Source: an uncultured Candidatus Saccharibacteria bacterium (GTDB lineage Bacteria > Patescibacteriota > Saccharimonadia > Saccharimonadales > Saccharimonadaceae). Taken from it: 64,000 bases of DNA. Numbering within the stretch: position 1 is the stretch's first letter; each line of letters begins with the position of its first letter. Below the pieces are notes generated by a model. It made no database searches. It saw nothing but the letters and a program-made list of their open reading frames with translations, and was not told the DNA's origin. Positions 1 to 9,500 of the stretch are shown here, in pieces. Made by a program: the position numbers and the translations under genes. The stretch lies in the NCBI GenBank assembly GCA_963553885.1, contig CAUVOY010000004.1:1683-65682 (forward strand), given 5' to 3'.

Positions 1-1296
1 TTTCTGGCGTCTGGAAAATTTGACAAAGTACTGATTATTATCAAATCCAGAAATGACTGTATCGCGCCGTTCGTCTTTTATAATAAAACCCTCATCCAAG
101 GCGCTCCAGAAAATATCGCGTACAATATTCGCGCCTATTTGCATTGGCAATCTACCGATATGGATGGTTTGACTATACCTCTGCGCAAGTATTCAAACAC
201 CCACATTACCATTCTCGCTCAGCACATGCCAGACAACTTAGGTTTTCAATCGCACGCTGCTGGCATATCCAGCCAGCTCATCAAACGCGCCGTCTCGACG
301 AAGTTGGATTCTTCCATTCACTGCGGTGTACGCGCGTCAATTTTCGCCGGATACGCCACAAAAATTAATTCCAGCCAAGTCCGTAATGAACCGCCCATCC
401 AGCTCGAATCGCAGTTGCGATACAGCTTTGCTTACCAAAAACACGCTTTTTCGTTCAGTAATTTAGGTAATATTTTGCTAGCTTTTCAGCTATATTGGAT
501 TAGCTTTTTCGACTCGATAGATTGCACAATTGATTCGATACGACTTGGCAATGATGTTTATTTATATTTAGCCAATCCTCATTTATATGCCCTGTCAACC
601 AGTTCGTCGTCCTATCGCTCAATCCCGCGCATTCAGTCACAGATGCACGCTGATAATTTAGCCAAGATGGCTTACTTTTTTCTGAACCCTGGTCATCATA
701 AAAAACTTGGTTCGTCGAGCAAAATTGGACTGGCATTCTCGCGGCTGATTGATTACCGCTTTCGTACCAGTTCCAATGCTGTACATATGAATATTACCAA
801 CCTAATTTTCGCACTACAAAGTTTCGCCGAAGCGGTTGCCGAACGTGAAATTCGCCGACAAAATCGCAGCGCTAAACAACATACTCTTCATGATATCCAA
901 AAAGTTTTAGCAGCGATTAAATCGATTGAGTCTGAATTAGCGGACGATGTCCGCGATTTTTATTTGCGTCCAGAAAAAGATATTTATAAGTTAATTGCTC
1001 GTCCGACATTTATGCAATCATTGCAAATCGCTCTCGCCAAATTTAATATTGATATCGCCGACTACCAGCCAATGTTAAAATCAATCGACAGCGCCCGCCG
1101 CCAAATTGTTCACAGCGAAGGATACAGCGTCGAATTTTTACTTAATCTACTGACTTATACCATCGTCCAAATGGAGGCAGGCAATAAGCTTTCGCGTCCA
1201 GGCGGCATCATCCGTAAAGATAGCGACGTTGATAAATTATATCAGCTACTGCGTCTCATGACGATGCGTTATTTTGATAGTACGTCAGAAATATAA
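1..1296 (+). CDS. ApeA-like HEPN-domain protein (5'-partial, runs off the window)
   Basis: Frame is open from base 1; C-terminal Rx4H motif (RRQIVH) preceded by an 'FALQSFAE' helix typical of HEPN domains. Confidence 0.55.
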   Translation, partial: FLASGKFDKVLIIIKSRNDCIAPFVFYNKTLIQGAPENIAYNIRAYLHWQSTDMDGLTIPLRKYSNTHITILAQHMPDNLGFQSHAAGISSQLIKRAVSTKLDSSIHCGVRASIFAGYATKINSSQVRNEPPIQLESQLRYSFAYQKHAFSFSNLGNILLAFQLYWISFFDSIDCTIDSIRLGNDVYLYLANPHLYALSTSSSSYRSIPRIQSQMHADNLAKMAYFFLNPGHHKKLGSSSKIGLAFSRLIDYRFRTSSNAVHMNITNLIFALQSFAEAVAEREIRRQNRSAKQHTLHDIQKVLAAIKSIESELADDVRDFYLRPEKDIYKLIARPTFMQSLQIALAKFNIDIADYQPMLKSIDSARRQIVHSEGYSVEFLLNLLTYTIVQMEAGNKLSRPGGIIRKDSDVDKLYQLLRLMTMRYFDSTSEI

Positions 1297-1331
1297 ATAA
1301 GTTTCACCCTCCACACGCGCCAAACACTATC

Positions 1332-2672
1332 TCATCTGACTTTCAAGCTCTCATCCGCCTTAGTCATCAGCGGGTCGAGGAAGAACTCAATAATACGGCG
1401 CTGGCCGGTGGTGATTTCAGCGGAGACGCTCATGCCTGGCAGCAATTTGAGTTGGTTTTGCTTGGAGCTTTTCTCGTCATTCAGTTTAATCTTAGCTTTA
1501 TAAATGAGACCTTTCTTGTCGTCCTGAATGGCATCGGGGCTAATATTTTCAACCGTCCCCTCCAAGTAACCATAACGTTGGAATGGATAAGTAGCAACTT
1601 TAACGACTACGCGCTGGCCAGGCTTAACAAAACCGACGTCTTGATTATCTAGCGCCGCATCAACATAGAGCGACACTTTTTCTGGCACAATTTGTGCCAG
1701 CTGCTGCCCAGCATTGACCACACCGCCAATTGTTTTCACCGTCAGCGACAGTACCGTACCATCGACAGGCGCAGCGATAGTAGTTTGCGCCAACACTTGC
1801 CTGGCTTTCACCAGATTATTTTCCAGTTCGATAATTCGCTTTTCCGCCGCGATGATTTGGTTACTAAAGGCGCTGTTGGTCTCGGCAATCTGGGTTTGCG
1901 ATTGATTTTGCGCCTGAGTGAGTGCCGACTGCGATTGTAGTAGTTGCTGATTTTGACCAAGCACGGCGCTGTCGGCACTAGTGATTCGCTGGTCAATATT
2001 ACTCAGTTCATTCTGTAGGCGCAGCTTATCGACAGGATTGGCGTTTGGTAATCGCTTTTCAATCTCAGCTTTGCGATTTTTCAGGTTTTGCGCATTGGTT
2101 TCCAGCTGGTTTTTCGCTTGCTGATTAAATTGTAACTGTTGCTGGTAGTTAGAAATCATACCATTTACAGCTTGCTGCCTGGCCGCAGAAAGCGCGGTTT
2201 GCGAGACGGCAAATTGCCGCAACATAGCTTTGACCTCGTCTGGCAAATCTGCATTATTAATAATATCGTCGGTATTGCCACCAACAGCTAGCCGCCGCAA
2301 AATATCGCGCTCGACTCGTGCCGTGTTAAGACTTTGATTGGCGGTAGCAACGTCTTTTTCGGCAGTGGTTTTATCAAGCGCCAGTAAAGTCTCTCCTTTT
2401 TTGACGCGCTGACCATCATGCACATTAATATTCGTCACCACGCCAGAGACTGCCGGCTGGATAATCTTGGTGCTACCTTCGGTGGAGATTTTACCGTTAG
2501 CTACCGCTACAATATCAATCCTGCCAAAGTATGACCATGCCAACGCCACAATCAATAACAATGTAACTAGCCAAACCACCAACGCACCCAACGGCGCCGC
2601 TGGTGTTTCAACAATTTCCTCAGCTGCTGGCAAAAATTCATACTGCAACCGGTCGCGTTTTAGCCAACTCAT
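1332..2672 (-). CDS. hlyD: HlyD-family secretion membrane fusion protein
   Basis: 'EFLPAAEEIVETP' N-terminus, single TM, coiled coil, 'LLPGMSVSAEITTGQRRIIEFFLDP' C-terminus. Confidence 0.93.
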   Translation of the reverse strand: MSWLKRDRLQYEFLPAAEEIVETPAAPLGALVVWLVTLLLIVALAWSYFGRIDIVAVANGKISTEGSTKIIQPAVSGVVTNINVHDGQRVKKGETLLALDKTTAEKDVATANQSLNTARVERDILRRLAVGGNTDDIINNADLPDEVKAMLRQFAVSQTALSAARQQAVNGMISNYQQQLQFNQQAKNQLETNAQNLKNRKAEIEKRLPNANPVDKLRLQNELSNIDQRITSADSAVLGQNQQLLQSQSALTQAQNQSQTQIAETNSAFSNQIIAAEKRIIELENNLVKARQVLAQTTIAAPVDGTVLSLTVKTIGGVVNAGQQLAQIVPEKVSLYVDAALDNQDVGFVKPGQRVVVKVATYPFQRYGYLEGTVENISPDAIQDDKKGLIYKAKIKLNDEKSSKQNQLKLLPGMSVSAEITTGQRRIIEFFLDPLMTKADESLKVR

Positions 2673-4993
2673 ACTTCGTCTCCTGATTGTTGCTGGTGCA
2701 GATATGCGTACAAACCGTTCTTTTTCAGCAGCACCGCCGGCGTACCATACTCAACCAATTGGCCGCGATCAATTGCCATGATTTTATCGACCGACTTGAG
2801 CGTTGATAGACGATGCGCAATGATAATAACCGTTCTCCCGGCCGTAATTTGCTTTAGATTTCGCTGAATGATATTTTCCGACTCATAATCAAGCGCTGAT
2901 GTCGCTTCGTCAAAAATCAGGACTTTAGGATTATGTAGCAGCGCTCGGGCGATAGCGATGCGCTGCTTTTGTCCGCCGCTCAAGCCCTCGCCCTTTTCGC
3001 CAACCATCGTGTCGTAACCATTTGGCAATTCAGTGATAAACTCATGGGCGCCAGCAATTTTCGCCACCCTTACGATGTCATCCATGCTGCTACTCGGCAC
3101 ATGCACCGCGATATTATCGCGCACGCTGGCATTGAACAAAAAGTTTTCTTGCAAAACCACACCGATTTGCCGGCGCAACCAGCTCGGGTCGGTAGTAGCA
3201 ATATCGACACCATCAATCAAAATCTTGCCTGATTCTGGCACGTACAGCCGCTGCAATAATTTGGAAATCGTACTTTTGCCCGAACCACTGCGCCCAACCA
3301 CGCCAACCACCGTGCCAGGACGAATACCAAACGACACATCGCGGATAACTTCCGGGCTATCTGGCGCATAGCGAAAACGCACATGCTCGAACCGCACATC
3401 GCCAGTGATGCTTGGCAAGCGCGACTTGCTCGGATCAAGTGTCGGCTCTGGCTTGGTATTGAAAATATCACCCAACCGCTTCATGGAAATACCTGTTTGC
3501 TGAAAATCCTGCCATGACTGCACGAGGCGTAATACAGGTCCGCTCACTCGACCGCTCAGCATCCGAAAAGCAATTAGCCCGCCAATCGTCAAACTGCCCG
3601 CCATCACCATGTGCGCGCCAAACCACAAAATAGCGATGTCAAAAATCTTTTGAATGAGCTGGCCAAGCACACCGGCATTGCCTGACAGTAAATTAGTTTT
3701 ATAGCTAGCGCGAACATAATTGCTCAGCCGACCCTCCCAATTTTTCTGCAGCTGTGGCTCCAGTGCGAACGATTTGATAGTCTGCGCGCCAGTGATCGAC
3801 TCAACCAAATACGATTGGGATTCGGCGCCCGTATTAAACTTTTCATCCAAACGCTGGCGAAGCAGCGGCGTGATGATACCAGACAATATCGCAAACACCG
3901 GCAAACTACCCAGCACCACCCACGTCAATGTTGTGCTATAAAACAGCATAACTATGATGTAGACAAACATAAAACTAATATCAATCAGCGCCGTCATCGG
4001 CGTACCAGTCAAAAAAGACCGAATTCGCTCCAGCTCCAGCACCCGCGCTGTGGTATCGCCAACTCGACGGGTTTCAAAATACCTTAGCGGCAAGGCAAAT
4101 AAGTGCCGAAACAACCGCGAACTCAAAATTACGTCAATTCGGCTAGTGGTATGAGTGAAAATATAATTCCGAGCGACGCCAAGCATCCCCTCAAACAACG
4201 CAATAATTACCAGCCCGCCAACGATGACGTCAAGCGTCGAGACGCTGTGATGCGCGAGAGCTTTATCGATGACAACCTGCGTCAAAATTGGCGTAAAAAT
4301 ACCAATAATCTGCACCACCAGCGCCGCCAGCAAGACTTGCAGCAATGGCTTTTTATATTTGATAATCGTCGGAATAAACCACTTGAGGTTGAATTTTCTG
4401 TCCGCCTCTTTCCAAAAGCGTTGCGTAAACAATATCACGCGGCCAGTCCATTTGTCCTGAAAGTCCTCAGCCGACATCACCTGCGGCGGCCCGCCATTTG
4501 GCGGTAGAATGAGGAATTTACTGTTGATGATTTTTCTAGAACCTTTGACTTTGCGGCGACTGTCATTCTTAGTATCAGCAAGTTGCGCCGCCACGCCACC
4601 CTCGGCAACTTGCGCCAACACCGCAAACTTTTCATCCTTCATACCAACGATGAGCGGTAGTGGCAACTTTGTTAATTGTTTAGAATTAACCGTAGCCGCC
4701 CGCGCCTTCAATTTGAGTGAGCGCGCAGCCCGTAGCATATCCGTTTCACTCATACCCACACGCGGATCAATCGCTAACGTGTGAGCAATCTGCTCCGGGT
4801 CGGCAGGAATACCATGAAACTGAGCGATGGCCGTGAAACAATACAGACCAGGATCTAGCTTGCCGCCAGACTTTTTATTTTCCAAATCATCATGTAATTT
4901 TTCACGATTCTTTGACGCAGTTTTAACACTAGCGCGCTTTTTAACCGGCGCTGCCTGACTATCCTTATCAGATTTTTCTCGCTTACTAACCAC
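2669..4993 (-). CDS. hlyB: HlyB-family type I secretion ABC transporter with C39-like domain
   Basis: Walker A GRSGSGKS, LSGGQ signature, DEATSALD; N-terminal C39-like domain reading DPG where the catalytic DCG is expected. Confidence 0.93.
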   Translation of the reverse strand: MVSKREKSDKDSQAAPVKKRASVKTASKNREKLHDDLENKKSGGKLDPGLYCFTAIAQFHGIPADPEQIAHTLAIDPRVGMSETDMLRAARSLKLKARAATVNSKQLTKLPLPLIVGMKDEKFAVLAQVAEGGVAAQLADTKNDSRRKVKGSRKIINSKFLILPPNGGPPQVMSAEDFQDKWTGRVILFTQRFWKEADRKFNLKWFIPTIIKYKKPLLQVLLAALVVQIIGIFTPILTQVVIDKALAHHSVSTLDVIVGGLVIIALFEGMLGVARNYIFTHTTSRIDVILSSRLFRHLFALPLRYFETRRVGDTTARVLELERIRSFLTGTPMTALIDISFMFVYIIVMLFYSTTLTWVVLGSLPVFAILSGIITPLLRQRLDEKFNTGAESQSYLVESITGAQTIKSFALEPQLQKNWEGRLSNYVRASYKTNLLSGNAGVLGQLIQKIFDIAILWFGAHMVMAGSLTIGGLIAFRMLSGRVSGPVLRLVQSWQDFQQTGISMKRLGDIFNTKPEPTLDPSKSRLPSITGDVRFEHVRFRYAPDSPEVIRDVSFGIRPGTVVGVVGRSGSGKSTISKLLQRLYVPESGKILIDGVDIATTDPSWLRRQIGVVLQENFLFNASVRDNIAVHVPSSSMDDIVRVAKIAGAHEFITELPNGYDTMVGEKGEGLSGGQKQRIAIARALLHNPKVLIFDEATSALDYESENIIQRNLKQITAGRTVIIIAHRLSTLKSVDKIMAIDRGQLVEYGTPAVLLKKNGLYAYLHQQQSGDEV

Positions 4994-5070
4994 TCTCTCC
5001 TCTGATTATTGACTATATCAGAGGTAGTTGCTAGCTCAAAGCTTAAGCATCAGGAAAAAATCATTGTCAT

Positions 5071-5232
5071 TTATTTCAAATATGCCGAAATCTTCGCCTT
5101 GGCAGCATTCACCGATTCATCGGACGGAATCATCACGTAAAGCGGCGTACTGTTATAGCTATACGTTTGTTCCATTGCACCCGCACCGTCAGCAGTAATT
5201 GATTCGACTTTCCACGGATGGATATCGAGAGC
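5071..5232 (-). pseudogene. C-terminal remnant of an LCP/CpsA-type protein
   Basis: Reads LDIHPWKVESITADGAGAMEQTYSYNSTPLYVMIPSDESVNAAKAKISAYLK*; in-frame stop upstream at 5248-5250; resembles the CpsA/LCP C-terminus. Confidence 0.5.
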
Positions 5233-5280
5233 TAAAAGACCAAAATTTTAGATAAATATCACCAATACACGCTAGCCGCC

Positions 5281-5312
5281 AAAATACCCCGCCCATACAG
5301 ACGAGGTATTTT
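5281..5312 (-). terminator. Intrinsic terminator after rpsI
   Basis: AAAATACC...GGTATTTT inverted repeat. Confidence 0.6.
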
Positions 5313-5341
5313 CTACAAGCAGACTGCTTTGATTCGGAAGC

Positions 5342-5740
5342 TTAACGCTTGGAGAACTGTTCGCGCTTGCGGGCGGAACGCAGACCGTATTTCTTGCGCT
5401 CTTTCTCGCGTGGGTCACGTTTGAGCAGCTCAGCCTTCTTCAGAACTGGGCGCAGATCAGCGTGAGCAGCCGTCAATGCTTTGGCGATGCCAAGCTTGAT
5501 GGCGTCAACTTGACCAGCGAGACCGCCACCTTTCACCAAGATGGTAACGTCGTATTCCTTTTGCTTGCTGACGATAGCTAGCGGGTCGGTTACTTCTGCC
5601 AGCAAGGTTTTGTTGCCATCCAAGTACTCAGCGGCTGCTTTGCCGTTGATGGTGATGGTACCCTTGCCAGGAAGCAAGCGAACACTTGCCGAAGCGCTTT
5701 TGCGTCGTCCCAAGCCGTAGAAATAGGTATCAGTAGCCAT
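5342..5740 (-). CDS. rpsI: 30S ribosomal protein S9
   Basis: GRRKSASA...ERKKYGLRSARKREQFSKR. Confidence 0.98.
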   Translation of the reverse strand: MATDTYFYGLGRRKSASASVRLLPGKGTITINGKAAAEYLDGNKTLLAEVTDPLAIVSKQKEYDVTILVKGGGLAGQVDAIKLGIAKALTAAHADLRPVLKKAELLKRDPREKERKKYGLRSARKREQFSKR

Positions 5741-5741
5741 A

Positions 5742-6173
5742 TTACTTTACCTCAACTTTCTCTGGGGTTTGTGCTGTGTGAGCATGCTCGCTGCCAGCAA
5801 ATACACGGAGGCGCTTGAGGCGCTCTGCTTGCAATTTGTTCTTTGGCAGCATGCCTTTGACAGCTTCTTCAATAATTCGTTCTGGGTGGCGTTCACGCAT
5901 TTCTTTGAACTGCGTTTCTTTGATGCCGCCCGGGAAACCACTGTGACGGTAGTAATACTTGTCGGTTTCCTTGTAGCCAGTAACGACGGTGTTTGCAGCG
6001 TTGATAACCACGACGTAGTCGCCACCATCAACGTGCGGTGTGTAGGTTGGCTTGTATTTACCGGTCAGGTGCTTAGCAATTTCAGTTGCCAAGCGCCCCA
6101 GTGGTAGCTCGCTCGCGTCAAACAATACCCAGCGGCGGGAAACGTCAGATGGTTTTTGTGAATAAGTCTTCAT
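5742..6173 (-). CDS. rplM: 50S ribosomal protein L13
   Basis: MKTYSQK...LGRLAT...KPTYTPHVDGGD; true ATG at 6173. Confidence 0.97.
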   Translation of the reverse strand: MKTYSQKPSDVSRRWVLFDASELPLGRLATEIAKHLTGKYKPTYTPHVDGGDYVVVINAANTVVTGYKETDKYYYRHSGFPGGIKETQFKEMRERHPERIIEEAVKGMLPKNKLQAERLKRLRVFAGSEHAHTAQTPEKVEVK

Positions 6174-6174
6174 C

Positions 6175-6564
6175 TTATTTCTCCTCCTTCTGCTGTCTTG
6201 GTTTGATGTCGTCGACAAACTCGATGATTGCCATTTGCGCGCCGTCGCCAACACGCAAACGTGTTCGTTCAACGCGAACGTGTCCGCTGGTGCGGCCGCC
6301 GAGTTGCGGGGCAATTTCATCAACCAGTTTGTAAGCAGCAGCGCGGGTGCTGAGCGCTGCGATCACCTGGCGGCGGCTGGCTAGATCGCCCTTCTTCGCC
6401 TTGGTGATGATTTTTTCAATGTGACGCTTCAGCTCTTTGGCTTTCGGCAAGGTGGTCTCGATTTTGCCGTGCTCGACCAGGCTGGTTGCCAGGCCTCTCA
6501 GCAAGGCTCGCCGTTGATCACGCTCACGGCCGAACTTGCGCCCCTGATATCCGTGTCTATGCAT
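6175..6564 (-). CDS. rplQ: 50S ribosomal protein L17
   Basis: MHRHGYQGRKFGR...IETTLPKAKE. Confidence 0.97.
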   Translation of the reverse strand: MHRHGYQGRKFGRERDQRRALLRGLATSLVEHGKIETTLPKAKELKRHIEKIITKAKKGDLASRRQVIAALSTRAAAYKLVDEIAPQLGGRTSGHVRVERTRLRVGDGAQMAIIEFVDDIKPRQQKEEK

Positions 6565-6566
6565 AG

Positions 6567-7490
6567 TTAAAACTCCAACTCCGCCATCTTGTCGCGTACT
6601 TCATCCAGCGCCTTTGAACCAAAGCCTTTCAATTCTCGCAAATCTTGCTCGGTCAAAGTCACCAGGTCGCGAATCGTGCGGATTTCATTGTTAATCAGCG
6701 CGTTCGTGGTGCGGGCGCTTAGGTTTAATTCTTCAATCGGCATAGCCAACTCTGACTCTTCATCATCCTTGGTTGTGCCAAGCGCTGGCGCGCCAGTCAC
6801 CATGGTGTTACCCGCCAAAGCCGTGTATTGATTAACCAGGATTGCTGCTGCTTCCTCAAACGCTTCGCGCGGAGTAATTGCGCCGTTAGTCTCAACGGTG
6901 ATTGCTAATTTGTCCAAGTTTGTTTCTTGGCCGACGCGGGTTGAGTCAACTTTATAGCGGACGCGCAGCACTGGCGAATACATTGCATCGATAGCAATCA
7001 TGTCGCTATGCAAACGGTTCTCGCTTGACTCTTCAATTGTCTGGTATCCGCAGCCCGCTTCTGCCACCAAATCCATCACCAAATGCTTGCTTGGATCATC
7101 AATCGTAGCAATTACTTGCTCTGGGTTAACGATTTCAACGTCAGCATTTGTCTGGATGTCTGCAGCAGTTATTTCACCAGCGCCAGATTTCTCCAAGCGT
7201 AGTTCAACTGGCTCGTCAGTAAATACGCGCAAATGAACATTTTTCAGATTAAGCATGATGTCGACAACATCTTCTTTGATACCTTCAACGGTGGTGAACT
7301 CGTGAGTTGCGCCTTCAACTTTGAAAGCGACAATTGCGCCACCGCGGACGCTCGACAACAGAACGCGGCGTAGTGAGTTACCAAGAGTATTACCGTAGCC
7401 TGGGTGAAGCGGCTCGATTAGAAAAGTAGCACTGGTCGCGGAAATATCATCAACGCTCGCGAGTGCTGGATTGTAAATTGCTTTTGCCAT
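6567..7490 (-). CDS. rpoA: RNA polymerase alpha subunit
   Basis: EPLHPGYGNTLGNSLRRVLLSS; alpha-CTD. Confidence 0.98.
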   Translation of the reverse strand: MAKAIYNPALASVDDISATSATFLIEPLHPGYGNTLGNSLRRVLLSSVRGGAIVAFKVEGATHEFTTVEGIKEDVVDIMLNLKNVHLRVFTDEPVELRLEKSGAGEITAADIQTNADVEIVNPEQVIATIDDPSKHLVMDLVAEAGCGYQTIEESSENRLHSDMIAIDAMYSPVLRVRYKVDSTRVGQETNLDKLAITVETNGAITPREAFEEAAAILVNQYTALAGNTMVTGAPALGTTKDDEESELAMPIEELNLSARTTNALINNEIRTIRDLVTLTEQDLRELKGFGSKALDEVRDKMAELEF

Positions 7491-7511
7491 AATTCTTCCC
7501 TAACCCTTCTT

Positions 7512-8132
7512 TTATCGTGAGTAATACTCAACAATTAATTGCTCGTTGATGTCAGCTTCTGCTTCCTCGCGTTTTGGCAAACCAGTCACTTCAATCTTCA
7601 GCTTCTTGCTATCGCTCTTTAGCCAGCTGAGTGGGCCTTGGATTGAATTGTTGATTACATCGTCAATGTGCGTAAAGTACTCAGATTTGGTGCTCTTTGC
7701 ACGAACAGTAATAACGTCACCAGCCTTAACGCGAATTGATGGAATGTCGACGCGACGGCCGTTTAATTCAAAGTGTCCGTGGCTAACCAGCTGACGAGCA
7801 GCCCGACGGCTAACAGCGAATCCAGAACGATAAACGACGTTATCCAAGCGGCGCTCCAATAGTTTCAACAGGTTTTCACCCGCCAAACCTTCTTTGGCGC
7901 GGGTTGCTTCATTCATCAACCGCGCAAATTGCTTTTCAACCAAGCCGTACAAACGACGAACCTTCTGCTTTTCACGTAGCTGCGTAGCATACAGACTTGG
8001 CTTACTTTGGCGACCGTGCGCGTGCTGGCCTGGGATGCCAGATTTTCGCGCCAAAACCTTATGTGCTTTTGGATGAAGCGCATAACCTTCGCGGCGGCTT
8101 TGCTTGACAATCGGTGAATTATCTCGTGCCAT
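7512..8132 (-). CDS. rpsD: 30S ribosomal protein S4
   Basis: QLREKQK, LERRLDNVVYR, EQLIVEYYSR. Confidence 0.98.
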   Translation of the reverse strand: MARDNSPIVKQSRREGYALHPKAHKVLARKSGIPGQHAHGRQSKPSLYATQLREKQKVRRLYGLVEKQFARLMNEATRAKEGLAGENLLKLLERRLDNVVYRSGFAVSRRAARQLVSHGHFELNGRRVDIPSIRVKAGDVITVRAKSTKSEYFTHIDDVINNSIQGPLSWLKSDSKKLKIEVTGLPKREEAEADINEQLIVEYYSR

Positions 8133-8134
8133 AA

Positions 8135-8524
8135 TTATGCCCTCCGTGCCTTTCGTGGACGAACACCGCCGTGAGGCACGCCAGTTACGTCCTTAATGCT
8201 TTCTACTGAGATGTCGAAAGCGCCAACCGCGCGAATAGCGGCATCGCGGCCCAGGCCGACACCTTTGACGAAAACGTCAACCGATTTCAAGCCGTACTGC
8301 GTTTTCGCAGCTTCAGCAGCTTTCTCAGCAGCAACCTGTGAAGCGTAGGCGGTGCCCTTTTTGCTACCGCGGAAACCACACGCACCAGCTGATGAAGCGG
8401 TCAACACGTTACCTTTTTTATCAGCAAAGGTAACGATGGTGTTGTTAAATGTTGCTTGAATATGCAGCTGACCAGCTGGGACTGATCGGCGCTGCTTCTT
8501 CTTGGTAGATTTTGCGTCTGCCAT
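8135..8524 (-). CDS. rpsK: 30S ribosomal protein S11
   Basis: HIQATFNNTIVT, DVTGVPHGG. Confidence 0.98.
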   Translation of the reverse strand: MADAKSTKKKQRRSVPAGQLHIQATFNNTIVTFADKKGNVLTASSAGACGFRGSKKGTAYASQVAAEKAAEAAKTQYGLKSVDVFVKGVGLGRDAAIRAVGAFDISVESIKDVTGVPHGGVRPRKARRA

Positions 8525-8539
8525 TTCTTAGTCCTTTCT

Positions 8540-8926
8540 TTAGGTCTTACTTGCTGCTTTTGGTTGTGTACCGCCCACGGCGATAGCGCGACCCTTGCGA
8601 GTTCGTGCATTCGTACGAGTCCGCTGTCCGCGTGTCGGCAGTCCTGCTTTGTGGCGAAGACCGCGATAGGCGTTGATATCCTTCAAGCGCTTAATGTTGT
8701 TAGTTACCAAGCGCTGGAGATCACCTTCGACGGTGTATTCGCTGTCGATAATTTCGCGAATCTTGTTTTCTTCAGCCTCGGTGAGATCTTTCACCCGAGT
8801 GGTCGGCTCAATCTTAGCCGCCGCAAGGATGCTCGAAGCGTGCTTTGGCCCAATCCCATAAATATAGGTGAGCGCGATTTGCACTTGCTTCTCTGTTGGG
8901 ATAACTACCCCAGCAATTCGAGCCAT
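8540..8926 (-). CDS. rpsM: 30S ribosomal protein S13
   Basis: MARIAGV...[14 protein letters not shown]. Confidence 0.98.
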   Translation of the reverse strand: MARIAGVVIPTEKQVQIALTYIYGIGPKHASSILAAAKIEPTTRVKDLTEAEENKIREIIDSEYTVEGDLQRLVTNNIKRLKDINAYRGLRHKAGLPTRGQRTRTNARTRKGRAIAVGGTQPKAASKT

Positions 8927-8928
8927 GC

Positions 8929-9057
8929 TTAACCCTGCCTTTGCTTGTTCTTAGGTTTTCTTTTGTTGATGACGTATAGGCGGCCTTTACGGCGGACTAG
9001 CTTGTCACCTTTCTTGGGATCTTTGTTGATCTTCTTGACACTTGTACGAACTTTCAT
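8929..9057 (-). CDS. rpmJ: 50S ribosomal protein L36 (Cys-free form; not in ORF track)
   Basis: Hand translation [42 protein letters not shown], between infA and rpsM. Confidence 0.95.
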   Translation of the reverse strand: MKVRTSVKKINKDPKKGDKLVRRKGRLYVINKRKPKNKQRQG

Positions 9058-9113
9058 AAAGTGCTTTGAAATCTCCCTTCCCGAGTAAACCCGAGATTAA
9101 CGTTAATATTTGA

Positions 9114-9359
9114 CTACCGGCTCTGTTGAGGTCGGTCGTCGCGTAGGCGGAAGCTGATTCGTCCCTTTGTCAGATCGTAAGGGGTCATCTCAACTTCAAC
9201 CTTATCACCAGGCACCAGGCGAATATAGTGCTTGCGCATTCGCCCTGAAATGTGCGCGATGATACTATGGCCGTTCTCCAGTTCCACCCGAAATTGAGTA
9301 TTAGGCAGTGCTTCCACTACCTTACCAATCATTTTGATGACTTCCTTTTGACTCGCCAT
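9114..9359 (-). CDS. infA: Translation initiation factor IF-1
   Basis: [16 protein letters not shown]...PYDLTKGRI. Confidence 0.97.
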   Translation of the reverse strand: MASQKEVIKMIGKVVEALPNTQFRVELENGHSIIAHISGRMRKHYIRLVPGDKVEVEMTPYDLTKGRISFRLRDDRPQQSR

Positions 9360-9500
9360 AAGTTACAGTTGTCAATTATACAGCAACAAGCTGCTTCCCG
9401 CAAGGGGTTTACTGAGAAAAATTTCACTATTTACCTGACAATACACGAATTAGCAATAAGCGATGATAAAAATCCCCGCCCAGCAGCGAGGATTATTCAT

